From: a virus
Lineage: Duplodnaviria > Caudoviricetes
Direction: 5' to 3' (one strand)
Virus record (IMG/VR): IMGVR_UViG_3300034155_000029
Coordinates: 1 to 54,127 of that record
DNA length: 54,127 nt
In this document: positions 1 through 9,480 of the stretch, piece after piece
Layout of the letters: each line of letters begins with the position of its first letter
How positions within the stretch are numbered: the stretch's first letter is position 1
Made by a program: the position numbers and the translations under genes
Notes under the pieces: generated by a model
Told to the model about the DNA's origin: nothing
The model's input: only the letters and a program-made list of their open reading frames with translations
Database searches by the model: none

Positions 1-575
1 CAATGTTCGCAAATCAAGATGAGTCTCTTATTAATCGTGTTAAATATTTATGGGAGGTTTTGTTTTTAGGAAACTCCACGTCTTTTGAATATCCATCTGG
101 TTTTGAAAACGGAAAACCTACAACACAATTAAACCTAAATAGTGTTAGATCTATTAGTTTGTGGTTAAGAGAACAGATTTATGATACAAAGTCAAAATTA
201 AAAAAAGTTCCAAAACTAGTTTTAAACGGATCGGTAGCTGTTAAAAAAGCCTTTATTAAAGGATATTATGCTGGAGATGGCTTAAAAGCCGGGGTTACTC
301 CAAATGTAATTAGTATAAAAACAAACAGCCCAATATTGGCACAGGGATTGTGTGTTCTTTACTACTCTATATTTGGTTATATATCATCTACATATATTGA
401 GCATCGTGGAGAAAACGATTATTATCAGCTTAATGTTATAACTACAGCACCACATAAAGATCCTTCTGAAGTTCGCTGGACAAAACCAGATATTGTACCA
501 GATGAATGGGTTTTTGATTTTGAAACAGAAAGTGGAGTTTTTTGCGCAGGAGTTGGTAGGGTTATTGTACATAAT
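1..575 (+). mobile_element. Intein with LAGLIDADG endonuclease (C-terminal portion) in gmd
   Basis: LAGLIDADG-like [10 protein letters not shown], block F (VFDFET) and block G VIVHN followed by +1 Ser of the Gmd SPRRG motif. Confidence 0.9.
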
Positions 576-1052
576 AGTCCACGTCGTGGAGAAACTTTTG
601 TCACGCGTAAAATTACACGAGCAGCTACACGAATCAAGCTAGGGCTTCAAGATAAACTTTTTCTAGGAAATTTAGATGCAAAACGTGATTGGGGTTATGC
701 TGGTGATTATGTAGAAGCTATGTGGAGAATGTTACAAGCAGACAAATCTGATGATTATGTAATTGCTACTGGAGAGACTCATAGTATTAAAGAGTTTTTA
801 AGTTTGGCATTTGGTAATTTAGGTTTAGATTGGGGGAAATATGTTGAATATGACAAGAGGTATGAAAGACCTGCGGAAGTAGATTTATTATTAGGAGATC
901 CTAGTAAGGCTAAATCTATTGGATGGAAACCATCTGTAAGTTTCCCAGAGCTTGTAAAAATGATGATTGATAGTGATTTGAAATTAGCCGAGCAAGAACA
1001 AGCTATAGAAATTGTTCGTACAAAACAAGATAAAGTTGGAGAGAGTTTATGA
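3..1052 (+). CDS. gmd: GDP-mannose 4,6-dehydratase, C-terminal part, interrupted by an intein (5' end outside the window)
   Basis: From 576 the frame reads [14 protein letters not shown]...[21 protein letters not shown]...DDYVIATGE...[15 protein letters not shown], the diagnostic Gmd C-terminal half; fcl follows with overlapping ATGA. Confidence 0.95.
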   Translation: MFANQDESLINRVKYLWEVLFLGNSTSFEYPSGFENGKPTTQLNLNSVRSISLWLREQIYDTKSKLKKVPKLVLNGSVAVKKAFIKGYYAGDGLKAGVTPNVISIKTNSPILAQGLCVLYYSIFGYISSTYIEHRGENDYYQLNVITTAPHKDPSEVRWTKPDIVPDEWVFDFETESGVFCAGVGRVIVHNSPRRGETFVTRKITRAATRIKLGLQDKLFLGNLDAKRDWGYAGDYVEAMWRMLQADKSDDYVIATGETHSIKEFLSLAFGNLGLDWGKYVEYDKRYERPAEVDLLLGDPSKAKSIGWKPSVSFPELVKMMIDSDLKLAEQEQAIEIVRTKQDKVGESL

Positions 1053-3820
1053 GAAAAATTTTAGTTACTGGGGCATCATCATTTTTAGGTCATCATTTAA
1101 TACCAAAATTAGAACAAATTAGTATTAAAGCAATTGGTCATGATAGCAGATTTGCATATACACAATGGAAAATTTTAACACCGACATCTAAAGAATTAGA
1201 TTTAACATCTTTGCCAAGTGTATTGAAATATTTTGATGAAAATAAATTTGATACAATAATTCATTTGGCGGCAAAGGTTGGTGGAATTGGTTTAAACAAA
1301 AACAAACCAGCAGATCTTACTTTAGATAATTTATTAATGGGTATGAATTTATATTCTGGTATTAAATTACATTTAGATAAAATAAAAAACGTATATAACA
1401 TATCAACTACATGTGGATATCCTAAAAATTGTCCAGTTCCTTTTAAAGAAGAAGATTTATGGAATGGTCGAGAAGAAGAAACCAATAATGGATATTCTTA
1501 TGCAAAGAAAGCTTTGATTGTATTAGGGGAAAAATTTCGCATTCAATATGGTTTAAATTCAGTATGTTTAATGGTTGCTAATTTATTAGGTGAACATGAT
1601 CATTTTGATTTAGAAAACTCTCATGTTGTACCAGCTTTAATTAGAAAAATGGTTGATATTAAAGAAGATCAAATGCAATATAAAATGTGTGGAGTTCCAA
1701 TTCCTATGTGGGGTGATGGATCTGCTACGAGAGATTTTTTATATGCAGGAGACTGTGCAGAGGCTATTTGTAAAGCGGTTGATAAAAATATAAATTATGA
1801 TAAACCCATAAATATTGGAACAGGTAAAGAGATATCAATAAAAGAGCTTGGTGAGCAATTAATTAATATTATTGGAGTTCGTGGATATTTATCATTTGAC
1901 AAAGGATCTAATCCATTAAATGGGCAACCAAGACGTTGTTTAGAAGTATCAAAAGCTAAAGAAATATTAGGGTTTGAAGCAACAACATCTTTAAGAGAAA
2001 GTTTAATAAAAACCGTTAGATGGTTTGAAGAACAAAGAAAAATTGAAAAAGAAAAAAAACCGATGCTATATATTGAAGTACCATCTATGTGGATAAAGTT
2101 ACCAAAGGAAGATATGTATTATAAAGAAGCAAATGATAAAAAAATAATTAATAATCGCAAATTGTTACCTTATGAATTTGACAGTATGTTTAATGGGTGG
2201 CAAAATTTATATTTTTATTGTAATCGAAATGATGTTTCGACTGTAACTAATACATGTATTAAGCATCCTGTTAAAGTTGTTGATGATATTAAGAAAACAA
2301 ATACAGTTAGAGATGTGCTTATTGGTCGTAGATCAGATGCTAGAAAAGATTTAGAAAAATGTAAAGATAAAATTACAGTTGAAGATTTATATAGTAGGCT
2401 TGGAAAAGACCCTTCAAAATATTTAGAAAAATATAAAGACAAATTTTCTGTTAATGATTTGTTTAAAGACTTGGACAGTATTAAATATAAACTTGCTATT
2501 GATTCTTTAATTAAAGAATTTGATACATTAAATGTAAAAAAGACTGATATTAAATTTGTACATAATACCATAAAACCAGATTATGATAATAAATATATAA
2601 AGCCAAAGAAAAACACAAAAAAACCAAATGATGTTAAGTTTGATTTTAAAGCAGCTTTAAAGCGAGCTGGTATGAGTGATGCTCAATTAGAGGAAACTGG
2701 TGTTATTAACAAACAAACACCGTATCAAGGATATATTACAAAACAACATCAGGAAGATATTAATTGGATGTTAGAACATCATTCATTAAAGTGTGCAGAT
2801 TTAAAGTACGAAGAGCTGGCAGCATTATCTAAAAATTTTAATCATGGTGAGAAATTAAAAGAACTTGAAACTTTAAATAAACTTGATACAACTCCACATT
2901 GTGATGAACTTGATTTAAAATCAACTCGGGTTCACGCATCAACACATGAAATAAATAAATATAAAAAAATAATTGGTAAAATTACTTCAATAGATGAGTT
3001 AATAAAATATAAAGAATATTATCTAAACACAATAACTAAAATTTTTTCTGAAGTTTTATTAGAAAATAAAAATAATAAAGAAATATTTAAAAATTTAAAT
3101 GATTGGTTTTCTAAACAAATACTTTGGAGTAATGAAGCATTCAATTCTAGAATGAACGAGTTAGTTTATCCTGAAGCATTCGCTATTCTTAATAAAGCTA
3201 TTGATTATAAACAAAACGATATAACTACTAGTTTAGATGGTTATGATATAAAACCAGAATCACGTCTTCAAATATACCCAGATCTATCTTATATAGATGG
3301 TTATAATAATCTAGCTACCAGATGGTTTGATAGTTTAGATGGTTATGAAATTTTCCCAATAAAACTCAAAGATAATAAATTACCTATTGAAAAAACCGTT
3401 ACAGAAGTAAAAGTAAAAAGGGATGAAGAAGAAACTGCTAGAATTAAAACCAAACTCAGTTGGCATAAAGCACAACAAGCAGCAACAGATAAATATAATG
3501 AAATCTTTGGTAAAATTAATTCAATAGATGAATTGAAAAAAATTAAAGAATATTATATAACAGCAAATTCATTTTATGCAACTCCAAATAATGAACTGCC
3601 TGAAAATGTTCAATTTAGATTAATTCAAGAAACTTGTGGAGTTAATGATGCTTTTAGTTCTAGATTAAAAGTATTAGAAAAAGCCGAAGCTGAAAAACAA
3701 AAAGAAATACAAACCCCTGTTATTGAAAATAATGTCGAGATTATTCCACCGTCTCTTCCTTATAAAATATCTAGATTTGTTTCTTCTATTAAACATGCTG
3801 TAAAAGATTTGATTGATTAA
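1049..3820 (+). CDS. fcl: GDP-L-fucose synthase-like SDR (first ~330 aa) fused to a ~590 aa helical extension of unknown function
   Basis: [56 protein letters not shown] match Fcl/WcaG; the Lys/Glu-rich C-terminal part is not recognised. Confidence 0.85.
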   Translation: MRKILVTGASSFLGHHLIPKLEQISIKAIGHDSRFAYTQWKILTPTSKELDLTSLPSVLKYFDENKFDTIIHLAAKVGGIGLNKNKPADLTLDNLLMGMNLYSGIKLHLDKIKNVYNISTTCGYPKNCPVPFKEEDLWNGREEETNNGYSYAKKALIVLGEKFRIQYGLNSVCLMVANLLGEHDHFDLENSHVVPALIRKMVDIKEDQMQYKMCGVPIPMWGDGSATRDFLYAGDCAEAICKAVDKNINYDKPINIGTGKEISIKELGEQLINIIGVRGYLSFDKGSNPLNGQPRRCLEVSKAKEILGFEATTSLRESLIKTVRWFEEQRKIEKEKKPMLYIEVPSMWIKLPKEDMYYKEANDKKIINNRKLLPYEFDSMFNGWQNLYFYCNRNDVSTVTNTCIKHPVKVVDDIKKTNTVRDVLIGRRSDARKDLEKCKDKITVEDLYSRLGKDPSKYLEKYKDKFSVNDLFKDLDSIKYKLAIDSLIKEFDTLNVKKTDIKFVHNTIKPDYDNKYIKPKKNTKKPNDVKFDFKAALKRAGMSDAQLEETGVINKQTPYQGYITKQHQEDINWMLEHHSLKCADLKYEELAALSKNFNHGEKLKELETLNKLDTTPHCDELDLKSTRVHASTHEINKYKKIIGKITSIDELIKYKEYYLNTITKIFSEVLLENKNNKEIFKNLNDWFSKQILWSNEAFNSRMNELVYPEAFAILNKAIDYKQNDITTSLDGYDIKPESRLQIYPDLSYIDGYNNLATRWFDSLDGYEIFPIKLKDNKLPIEKTVTEVKVKRDEEETARIKTKLSWHKAQQAATDKYNEIFGKINSIDELKKIKEYYITANSFYATPNNELPENVQFRLIQETCGVNDAFSSRLKVLEKAEAEKQKEIQTPVIENNVEIIPPSLPYKISRFVSSIKHAVKDLID

Positions 3821-3845
3821 AAAAAGGAAAGAATAAGGAGATAAC

Positions 3846-3893
3846 GAGCAATTCCTCCCTACCTACAGTTTTTGTGGGTAGGGTTTCCTTGCT
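3846..3893 (+). mobile_element. Orphan IS200/IS605-type end hairpin, homologous to the end of the IsrB element at 30735-30778
   Basis: GAGCAATTCCTCCCT-stem-AGGGTTTCCTTGCT matches 30735-30778 with compensatory changes in the inner stem; no associated ORF. Confidence 0.75.
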
Positions 3894-3902
3894 TTATATA
3901 AA

Positions 3903-4835
3903 ATGGCCAAAAAAAAGAAGATTTTATGTTTGGGTTCCGGTGGAATGATTTTAGGGAATTTTATTAGATATGTTTTCCATAATCATAAACCATATTCTAT
4001 CTCTTCTCTAGATCGTGTTAGAGAATCTCATCTAATTCATAATATTTATGTAAATTCAGATCATGAATTTTATATAGCCGATATTATGGATCAACATATT
4101 TTACATGTGATTTTCCAAAAAGAAAAACCAGATATTGTTATTTTTGGTGTTGATGAAAAACTAAATAATAATCAGATATTATCTTCCAATATTATCGGTA
4201 CTCAAAACGTTATTAATGAATGTCTTGATTCTAATATAAAATTAATTTATTTAAGCACCGATAAAGTATTTGGTCCCATTTCAGAAAATGATTCTCCATG
4301 TAGTGAAAATACTTACACTAATCCTAAAGATATATATGCTATTTCAAAATTAGCAGGAGAGCAATTAGTAAAAAGCACAATTGGATTAAATTATAATATT
4401 GTAAGATTAAGTAATAATTATGGACCTTGGCAAACAAATAATAATTTAATACCAAATATTATATCTTCAATATTGGAGAATAAATCTATTTCAATATATG
4501 GAGACGGGAAACATATGAGAGACTGGACTCATGTATATGATTCTTGTTCTGCTCTTTGTCAAATAATTGAAACTGGAATAGATAAAGAAATTTATAATAT
4601 CAGTTATAAACAAGAATATTATAATATTGAAGTATTTCAGATGATTTGTAATCTTTTTGAAAAAGGACATGATTTAATTAAGTTTGTCGAGGATGTTCCA
4701 AACAATGGAGCAAGGTTTGCTATGTCAAATGAGAAGATTTTATCATTGGGGTGGGTACCAGAATATAAGTTTAAAGATGGTATTTCTCAAATTTGTCAAT
4801 GGTATGTTTCTAATCAATATATATTAAAAATGTAA
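3903..4835 (+). CDS. NAD-dependent nucleotide-sugar epimerase/dehydratase (RmlB-like SDR)
   Basis: GSGGMILG Rossmann motif, STDKVFG, YAISK (YxxxK), NNYGPWQ, YGDGKHMRDW. Confidence 0.85.
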   Translation: MAKKKKILCLGSGGMILGNFIRYVFHNHKPYSISSLDRVRESHLIHNIYVNSDHEFYIADIMDQHILHVIFQKEKPDIVIFGVDEKLNNNQILSSNIIGTQNVINECLDSNIKLIYLSTDKVFGPISENDSPCSENTYTNPKDIYAISKLAGEQLVKSTIGLNYNIVRLSNNYGPWQTNNNLIPNIISSILENKSISIYGDGKHMRDWTHVYDSCSALCQIIETGIDKEIYNISYKQEYYNIEVFQMICNLFEKGHDLIKFVEDVPNNGARFAMSNEKILSLGWVPEYKFKDGISQICQWYVSNQYILKM

Positions 4836-4847
4836 ATATTGATTGTG

Positions 4848-4861
4848 GTTTTTACCAAAGA
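4848..4861 (-). repeat. Exact copy of dispersed motif TCTTTGGTAAAAAC
   Basis: GTTTTTACCAAAGA on + strand, just upstream of the ATG at 4875. Confidence 0.8.
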
Positions 4862-4874
4862 AAGAGTTTATATT

Positions 4875-5900
4875 ATGACAAATGAAAAAGACAATTGGTA
4901 TGAAATATCAAAAACACCAGGATTAAGTGAAGAATTCATAAAGGAAAATTCTGATAAATTAGATTGGATAAATATATCATATTTTCAAAATTTAAGCGAA
5001 GATTTTATAAAGGAAAATTCTGATAAAATAAACTGGAACTGTATAGTAGAACGTCAAAATTTAAGCGAAGATTTTATTAGAGAAAATTCTGATAAAGTAA
5101 ACTGGGTTTTAATATCATGTTTTCAAAAGCTTAGTGAAGATTTTATAAAGGAAAACTTTGATAACTTAGATTGGTGTTGTATATCACAATATCAAAAACT
5201 TAGTGAAGGCTTTATTAGAGAGTTTGCTAATAAAGTAAATTGGTATAATATATCAGCGTATCAAAAATTAAGTGAAGAATTTATTAAAGAGTTTTCTGAT
5301 AAGGTTGGATGGTATAATATATCGTGTTGTCAAAAACTAAGCGAAGAATTTATTCATGAAAACTCAGATAAAGTGGCTTGGAGCTCTATATCACAATATC
5401 AAAAGTTAAGTGAAAGATTTATTAGGAAATTTTTTGATAAAGTAAATTGGGATTATATATCATATTATCAAAAATCAAGTCCTGAATTTATTAAAGAATT
5501 TAATTTAGAAATTCCAGTTTTTTGTTGGTTATATAAGGATAAAGAATTTAAGAGAAAATATATTCAAGACAATACGAAATATGAAATAATTGGAGATAAA
5601 GTAATAGCGTATAAATCTTGTAGATCAGATGGATATTCGGTATTTAATTTCCAATATCATTATGAAGTTGGTGGAAAATATGAAGCTCATGCCGATTATA
5701 ACATATATGCAGAAGCTAGTTTTGGTTTATCAGCCTGGACAAAAGAAAAAGCGTTATCATATTATAATAAAGGTAAATTATTTAAAGTAGAAATAGATTT
5801 AGAAGATATTGCTGCAATTGTACATAATGGAAATAAGATTAGGGCGAGTAAGATTAAAATATTAGAAGAGATTAATTATAAAGAGAAAAACAATGACTGA
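4875..5900 (+). CDS. Tryptophan-repeat protein (nine 23-aa repeats) with conserved ~110 aa C-terminal domain
   Basis: Repeats of xWxxISxxQKLSExFIxExSDKV, then WLYKDKE...VIAYKSCRSDGYS...FGLSAW...KIRASKIKIL shared with three paralogues; ATG 4875 preferred to TTG 4839. Confidence 0.85.
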   Translation: MTNEKDNWYEISKTPGLSEEFIKENSDKLDWINISYFQNLSEDFIKENSDKINWNCIVERQNLSEDFIRENSDKVNWVLISCFQKLSEDFIKENFDNLDWCCISQYQKLSEGFIREFANKVNWYNISAYQKLSEEFIKEFSDKVGWYNISCCQKLSEEFIHENSDKVAWSSISQYQKLSERFIRKFFDKVNWDYISYYQKSSPEFIKEFNLEIPVFCWLYKDKEFKRKYIQDNTKYEIIGDKVIAYKSCRSDGYSVFNFQYHYEVGGKYEAHADYNIYAEASFGLSAWTKEKALSYYNKGKLFKVEIDLEDIAAIVHNGNKIRASKIKILEEINYKEKNND

Positions 5901-7275
5901 AAACAAAATTGAAAATTTAGAAAAAGAGAAAATTGTGGATGATTTAACAAACCAAAAAGTTGACGAAGATAAATTAGCAGCACTTAAGGCTCGTGTAGCT
6001 AAAAAACGAGAAGAAGAAGCTGCTGCTTTACAATCTATTCCAGAAGAAATTGAGGAAAATATGCCACCACGTATTGTTGAAGAAAAATTACGAAGTATTA
6101 GATTTGGTATTATTGGTTCGGGTGCTGCTGGAAGTCGATTAGCAGAAGAATATTTTTCATTAGGATATCCTGCAGTTGTTTTTAATACCGCTAACCAAGA
6201 TTTAGAAGGTATTAAAATACCAGAACATAACAAATTATTATTAGATTTTGGATTGGGTGGATCTGGTAAAGATCTTCAAATTGGTTATGATGCTGCAGAC
6301 GCTTACAGAGCAAGTATTAATCAACTTATTCAACAACATTTAAATGATGTTCAGGTTTTTATCTTTTGTACTTCTCTTGGCGGTGGCTCAGGCGCAGGAT
6401 CTGTTGAAGTTGTTATAGATATATTATCTCAATTAGGAAAACCTGTAGTTGTTATGGCTGTTCTTCCTAAAGCTAGTGAAGATGCCGCTTTAAAACATAA
6501 TGCATGGCAAACATTAAGTAAATTAACTAAATTATTTAATGAAAATAAGATTGATAATATTATTACTATTGATAATGCTAAGATTGAATCGCTTTATAGT
6601 GATGTTGGTCCTTTTAATTTCTTCTCAGTATCTAATAAAGCTATTGTGGAACCAATTCATATTTTTAATACAATGAGTACTAGAAAAGATGAAGGTGTTA
6701 AGATTTTAGATTCAACCGAATTTGGTAAGTTATTTATTGATGGAAAAGGTTTCACTACATATGGTGAAATGACTGTAGAAAACTATGAAGATGAAATGGC
6801 TATAGCAACCGCTATTGTAGAATCTTTAAACAGTAATTTATTAGCTTCTGGTTTTGATATTCGCCAAGCAAAATATGCTGGCTTTATGTTGGTTGCACCA
6901 GAAAGTGTATGGGATAAAATTCCAAGTTCTAGTTTGGGTTTTGCTGGACATATGATTGATGATGTGTGTGATAGTCCAATTGCAATTTTCCAAGGTGTAT
7001 ATAAAGAAGAAAATGGTCAAGATTGTGTTAAAGTATATTCTATGTTCTCTGGTTTAGGTTTGCCAACTGAAAGAATTGATCAGTTGAAGGCCGAAGCTCA
7101 GAAAAAGATGGAAATTGCCAAGAGAAAAGACAGTGATAGACAAATGACAATGAAGGTTGATGTTGGTGAAGAGAATATAAATAAAGTAGATGAAATTAAG
7201 AGAAAAATTCAGGCAAAATCATCCGCGTTTAATAAATTGCACGGGTCTTCTATACAAGATAGAAGAAAGAAATAA
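5893..7275 (+). CDS. Tubulin/FtsZ-superfamily GTPase (PhuZ/TubZ/CetZ-like)
   Basis: GIIGSGAAGSRLA, GGSGKD, tubulin signature SLGGGSGAGS, IDN, charged N- and C-terminal tails. Confidence 0.9.
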   Translation: MTENKIENLEKEKIVDDLTNQKVDEDKLAALKARVAKKREEEAAALQSIPEEIEENMPPRIVEEKLRSIRFGIIGSGAAGSRLAEEYFSLGYPAVVFNTANQDLEGIKIPEHNKLLLDFGLGGSGKDLQIGYDAADAYRASINQLIQQHLNDVQVFIFCTSLGGGSGAGSVEVVIDILSQLGKPVVVMAVLPKASEDAALKHNAWQTLSKLTKLFNENKIDNIITIDNAKIESLYSDVGPFNFFSVSNKAIVEPIHIFNTMSTRKDEGVKILDSTEFGKLFIDGKGFTTYGEMTVENYEDEMAIATAIVESLNSNLLASGFDIRQAKYAGFMLVAPESVWDKIPSSSLGFAGHMIDDVCDSPIAIFQGVYKEENGQDCVKVYSMFSGLGLPTERIDQLKAEAQKKMEIAKRKDSDRQMTMKVDVGEENINKVDEIKRKIQAKSSAFNKLHGSSIQDRRKK

Positions 7276-7312
7276 TTATATTTTTTTTGGTAAAAATATA
7301 AGAAAGTAAAAA

Positions 7313-7861
7313 ATGATTAAAATTAAAGAATTGATTTATAGTTATCAAATGTTGGTTTTTGATAATTTAAGAAGTGAATCTCCTAGATATGACACAAATA
7401 CACCGAATTGTTTTGTTTCTTTGGGTAATGATAAATTTGAAACATATGGTTGTAGTATTATAAACACTCCATTATTATCGGTTAATGATTTTTGCCCAAA
7501 GAAAACTATTAATGGTTTATTTAAATCTATATTTGAACTATTATATAAAGAAGATACTGATAATAATCTTACCAAAGAAGAATTTTTACATTTTATTAAA
7601 ATGGAAGAAATTGAGTTTAAATTAAATAATTTAGAACTTGATTGCTTGGTGTGTGGTGAGAAAGCTGGTAAGTGGATTAAAGAATATATTGTTAAAGTAT
7701 TTATTCTTGAGGGTTTACCAGAAAACGCTGTATTAGCCTTACCAGAACCAGAATATACCGGAGTCTTGGCGGTTAAATGTATTGATAATGATATTGTTGA
7801 TAGTTTTGGTATAATGATTCAGGATAATAATTTTAGATCTATTGTAATTACAGATCTTTAA
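7313..7861 (+). CDS. Hypothetical protein
   Basis: 182-aa ORF in the operon-like run; no recognised motif. Confidence 0.6.
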   Translation: MIKIKELIYSYQMLVFDNLRSESPRYDTNTPNCFVSLGNDKFETYGCSIINTPLLSVNDFCPKKTINGLFKSIFELLYKEDTDNNLTKEEFLHFIKMEEIEFKLNNLELDCLVCGEKAGKWIKEYIVKVFILEGLPENAVLALPEPEYTGVLAVKCIDNDIVDSFGIMIQDNNFRSIVITDL

Positions 7862-7871
7862 AATATTAAAA

Positions 7872-8222
7872 ATGGTAATTTTTAACGAAAAATATATTCA
7901 AGATGGGTATTATTTACCAGATATTGAATATACTATCTATCAGGATAATGGAGATTACCATAATTATATAGCAACCCCAGATTATTTAGAAGAAGAATAC
8001 GAAAATCTGATTTTAAAACTGGGGTTGCTTTGTGTTTGGGAAACTTTTAATGATCTAAAACCGCATACTACAGAATATTTAATGGATAACAATCTTAAAT
8101 CTTCTAAACAGGATAGTAATATAGAAGTAGATTTGTTGAATTTTCCAAAACCATTAAAAGATCAATTAAAAGAATCCGCAGAGAGTGTTTTGAATGGAGA
8201 AAATAATTTGCCCAATTTGTAA
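7872..8222 (+). CDS. Hypothetical protein
   Basis: 116-aa acidic ORF, tightly packed. Confidence 0.55.
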   Translation: MVIFNEKYIQDGYYLPDIEYTIYQDNGDYHNYIATPDYLEEEYENLILKLGLLCVWETFNDLKPHTTEYLMDNNLKSSKQDSNIEVDLLNFPKPLKDQLKESAESVLNGENNLPNL

Positions 8223-8478
8223 TTCAGAAAATATTTCAACAGGTCGGCTTTGGTATTCATACGGTGAAGGATGTGAAGATTATATTGCTCAAGTTTCTTG
8301 TCCTAATTGTAAGAGGAAAGTTGCTGGTTGGGATATAGAGGTTTGTAAAGATGTTTTTTTAAATGGGCAAAATGGCTGCGAATGTTTCCATTGTGGAATT
8401 TTAAAATTTGAATATGGGGAAACTGATAATGTAGATACTTTGGTTGTTGAAAAAATCTCAGAAACAGTAAAAAAATGA
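8194..8478 (+). CDS. Small Zn-finger-like protein
   Basis: CPIC, CPNC and CxCxxC motifs in 94 aa. Confidence 0.55.
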   Translation: MEKIICPICNSENISTGRLWYSYGEGCEDYIAQVSCPNCKRKVAGWDIEVCKDVFLNGQNGCECFHCGILKFEYGETDNVDTLVVEKISETVKK

Positions 8479-9425
8479 ATAATATTACAGTTAAAGAAAA
8501 AATTAATGGAGGAATTCTAGGTCTTTTGGTTGGTGATGCTTTGGGGGTTCCTTATGAGTTTCGCGATGCTAAAAATATACCACCAATTGAAAATATTGAA
8601 TATATTCCTCCTGAAAATTTTCCACGGTCACATAAGAAAATCCTTCCAGGCACTTGGTCTGATGATGGCTCTCAAGCTTTGTGTTTATTAACATCTTTAT
8701 TAGATTGTAATCGTTTAGATTTAAATGATTTTGCTAAAAGATTAGTTAATTGGTATGATAACGGATATCTTGCTGTAGATGATTGTGTTTTTGATGTTGG
8801 AAACACTACTGCAACAGCTATTTTATCATTAAAGGAAGGTGTTTCTCCATATGATGCCGGTCCATTTGGATCCTATGATAATGGAAATGGTTCACTGATG
8901 AGGTGTCTTCCACTTGCTCTTTGGCATCGTGGTTCTGATAAAGAATTGGTTTTAGATGCACAGTTACAGTCTTATGTTACTCACGGCCATTTAAGATCTC
9001 AGGTTTGTTGTGCTCTTTATTGTTTATGGGCAAGATATGAATTATATTCTTTACAAAACTCATTTGAAAAAGCCGTGAAAACACTTAGAGAAATTTATAA
9101 GTTTAATTTTGAAGCTTTACAAGAATTAGATTGGTCAATACGGCCTGATGACGAGATTATAGGAACAGGATCTGGGTATGTTGTTGATAGTTTAAGATCT
9201 GCAAAAGATTCTTTACAACAAAACACATATCAAGATGTTGTTAGATACGCTATTAAGCTTGGTAAAGATACAGATACAACAGCATGTATAGCTGGAGGTA
9301 TAGCTGGTATTAAATATGGGATTAATGGAATACCCATTCGTTGGCGAGATTCTCTTCGTGGTAAAGAGATATATAAACCTATTTTAGATAATTTTAATTC
9401 ATATATTGATAATAATCCATTATAA
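8475..9425 (+). CDS. ADP-ribosylglycohydrolase (ARH/DraG family)
   Basis: GLLVGDALGVPYEF, WSDDG, GNGSLMR, TH, GKDTDTTACIAGGIAG. Confidence 0.93.
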   Translation: MNNITVKEKINGGILGLLVGDALGVPYEFRDAKNIPPIENIEYIPPENFPRSHKKILPGTWSDDGSQALCLLTSLLDCNRLDLNDFAKRLVNWYDNGYLAVDDCVFDVGNTTATAILSLKEGVSPYDAGPFGSYDNGNGSLMRCLPLALWHRGSDKELVLDAQLQSYVTHGHLRSQVCCALYCLWARYELYSLQNSFEKAVKTLREIYKFNFEALQELDWSIRPDDEIIGTGSGYVVDSLRSAKDSLQQNTYQDVVRYAIKLGKDTDTTACIAGGIAGIKYGINGIPIRWRDSLRGKEIYKPILDNFNSYIDNNPL

Positions 9426-9480
9426 TTATTATTATATCGATAGAAGATAATTCAATTCCCAATAATTAATTAGTAATAAT

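Noticed and set aside
4890-5510. 69-bp periodic repeats as a CRISPR array
   Set aside because: They are degenerate, in-frame coding repeats with no unique spacers and no cas genes.
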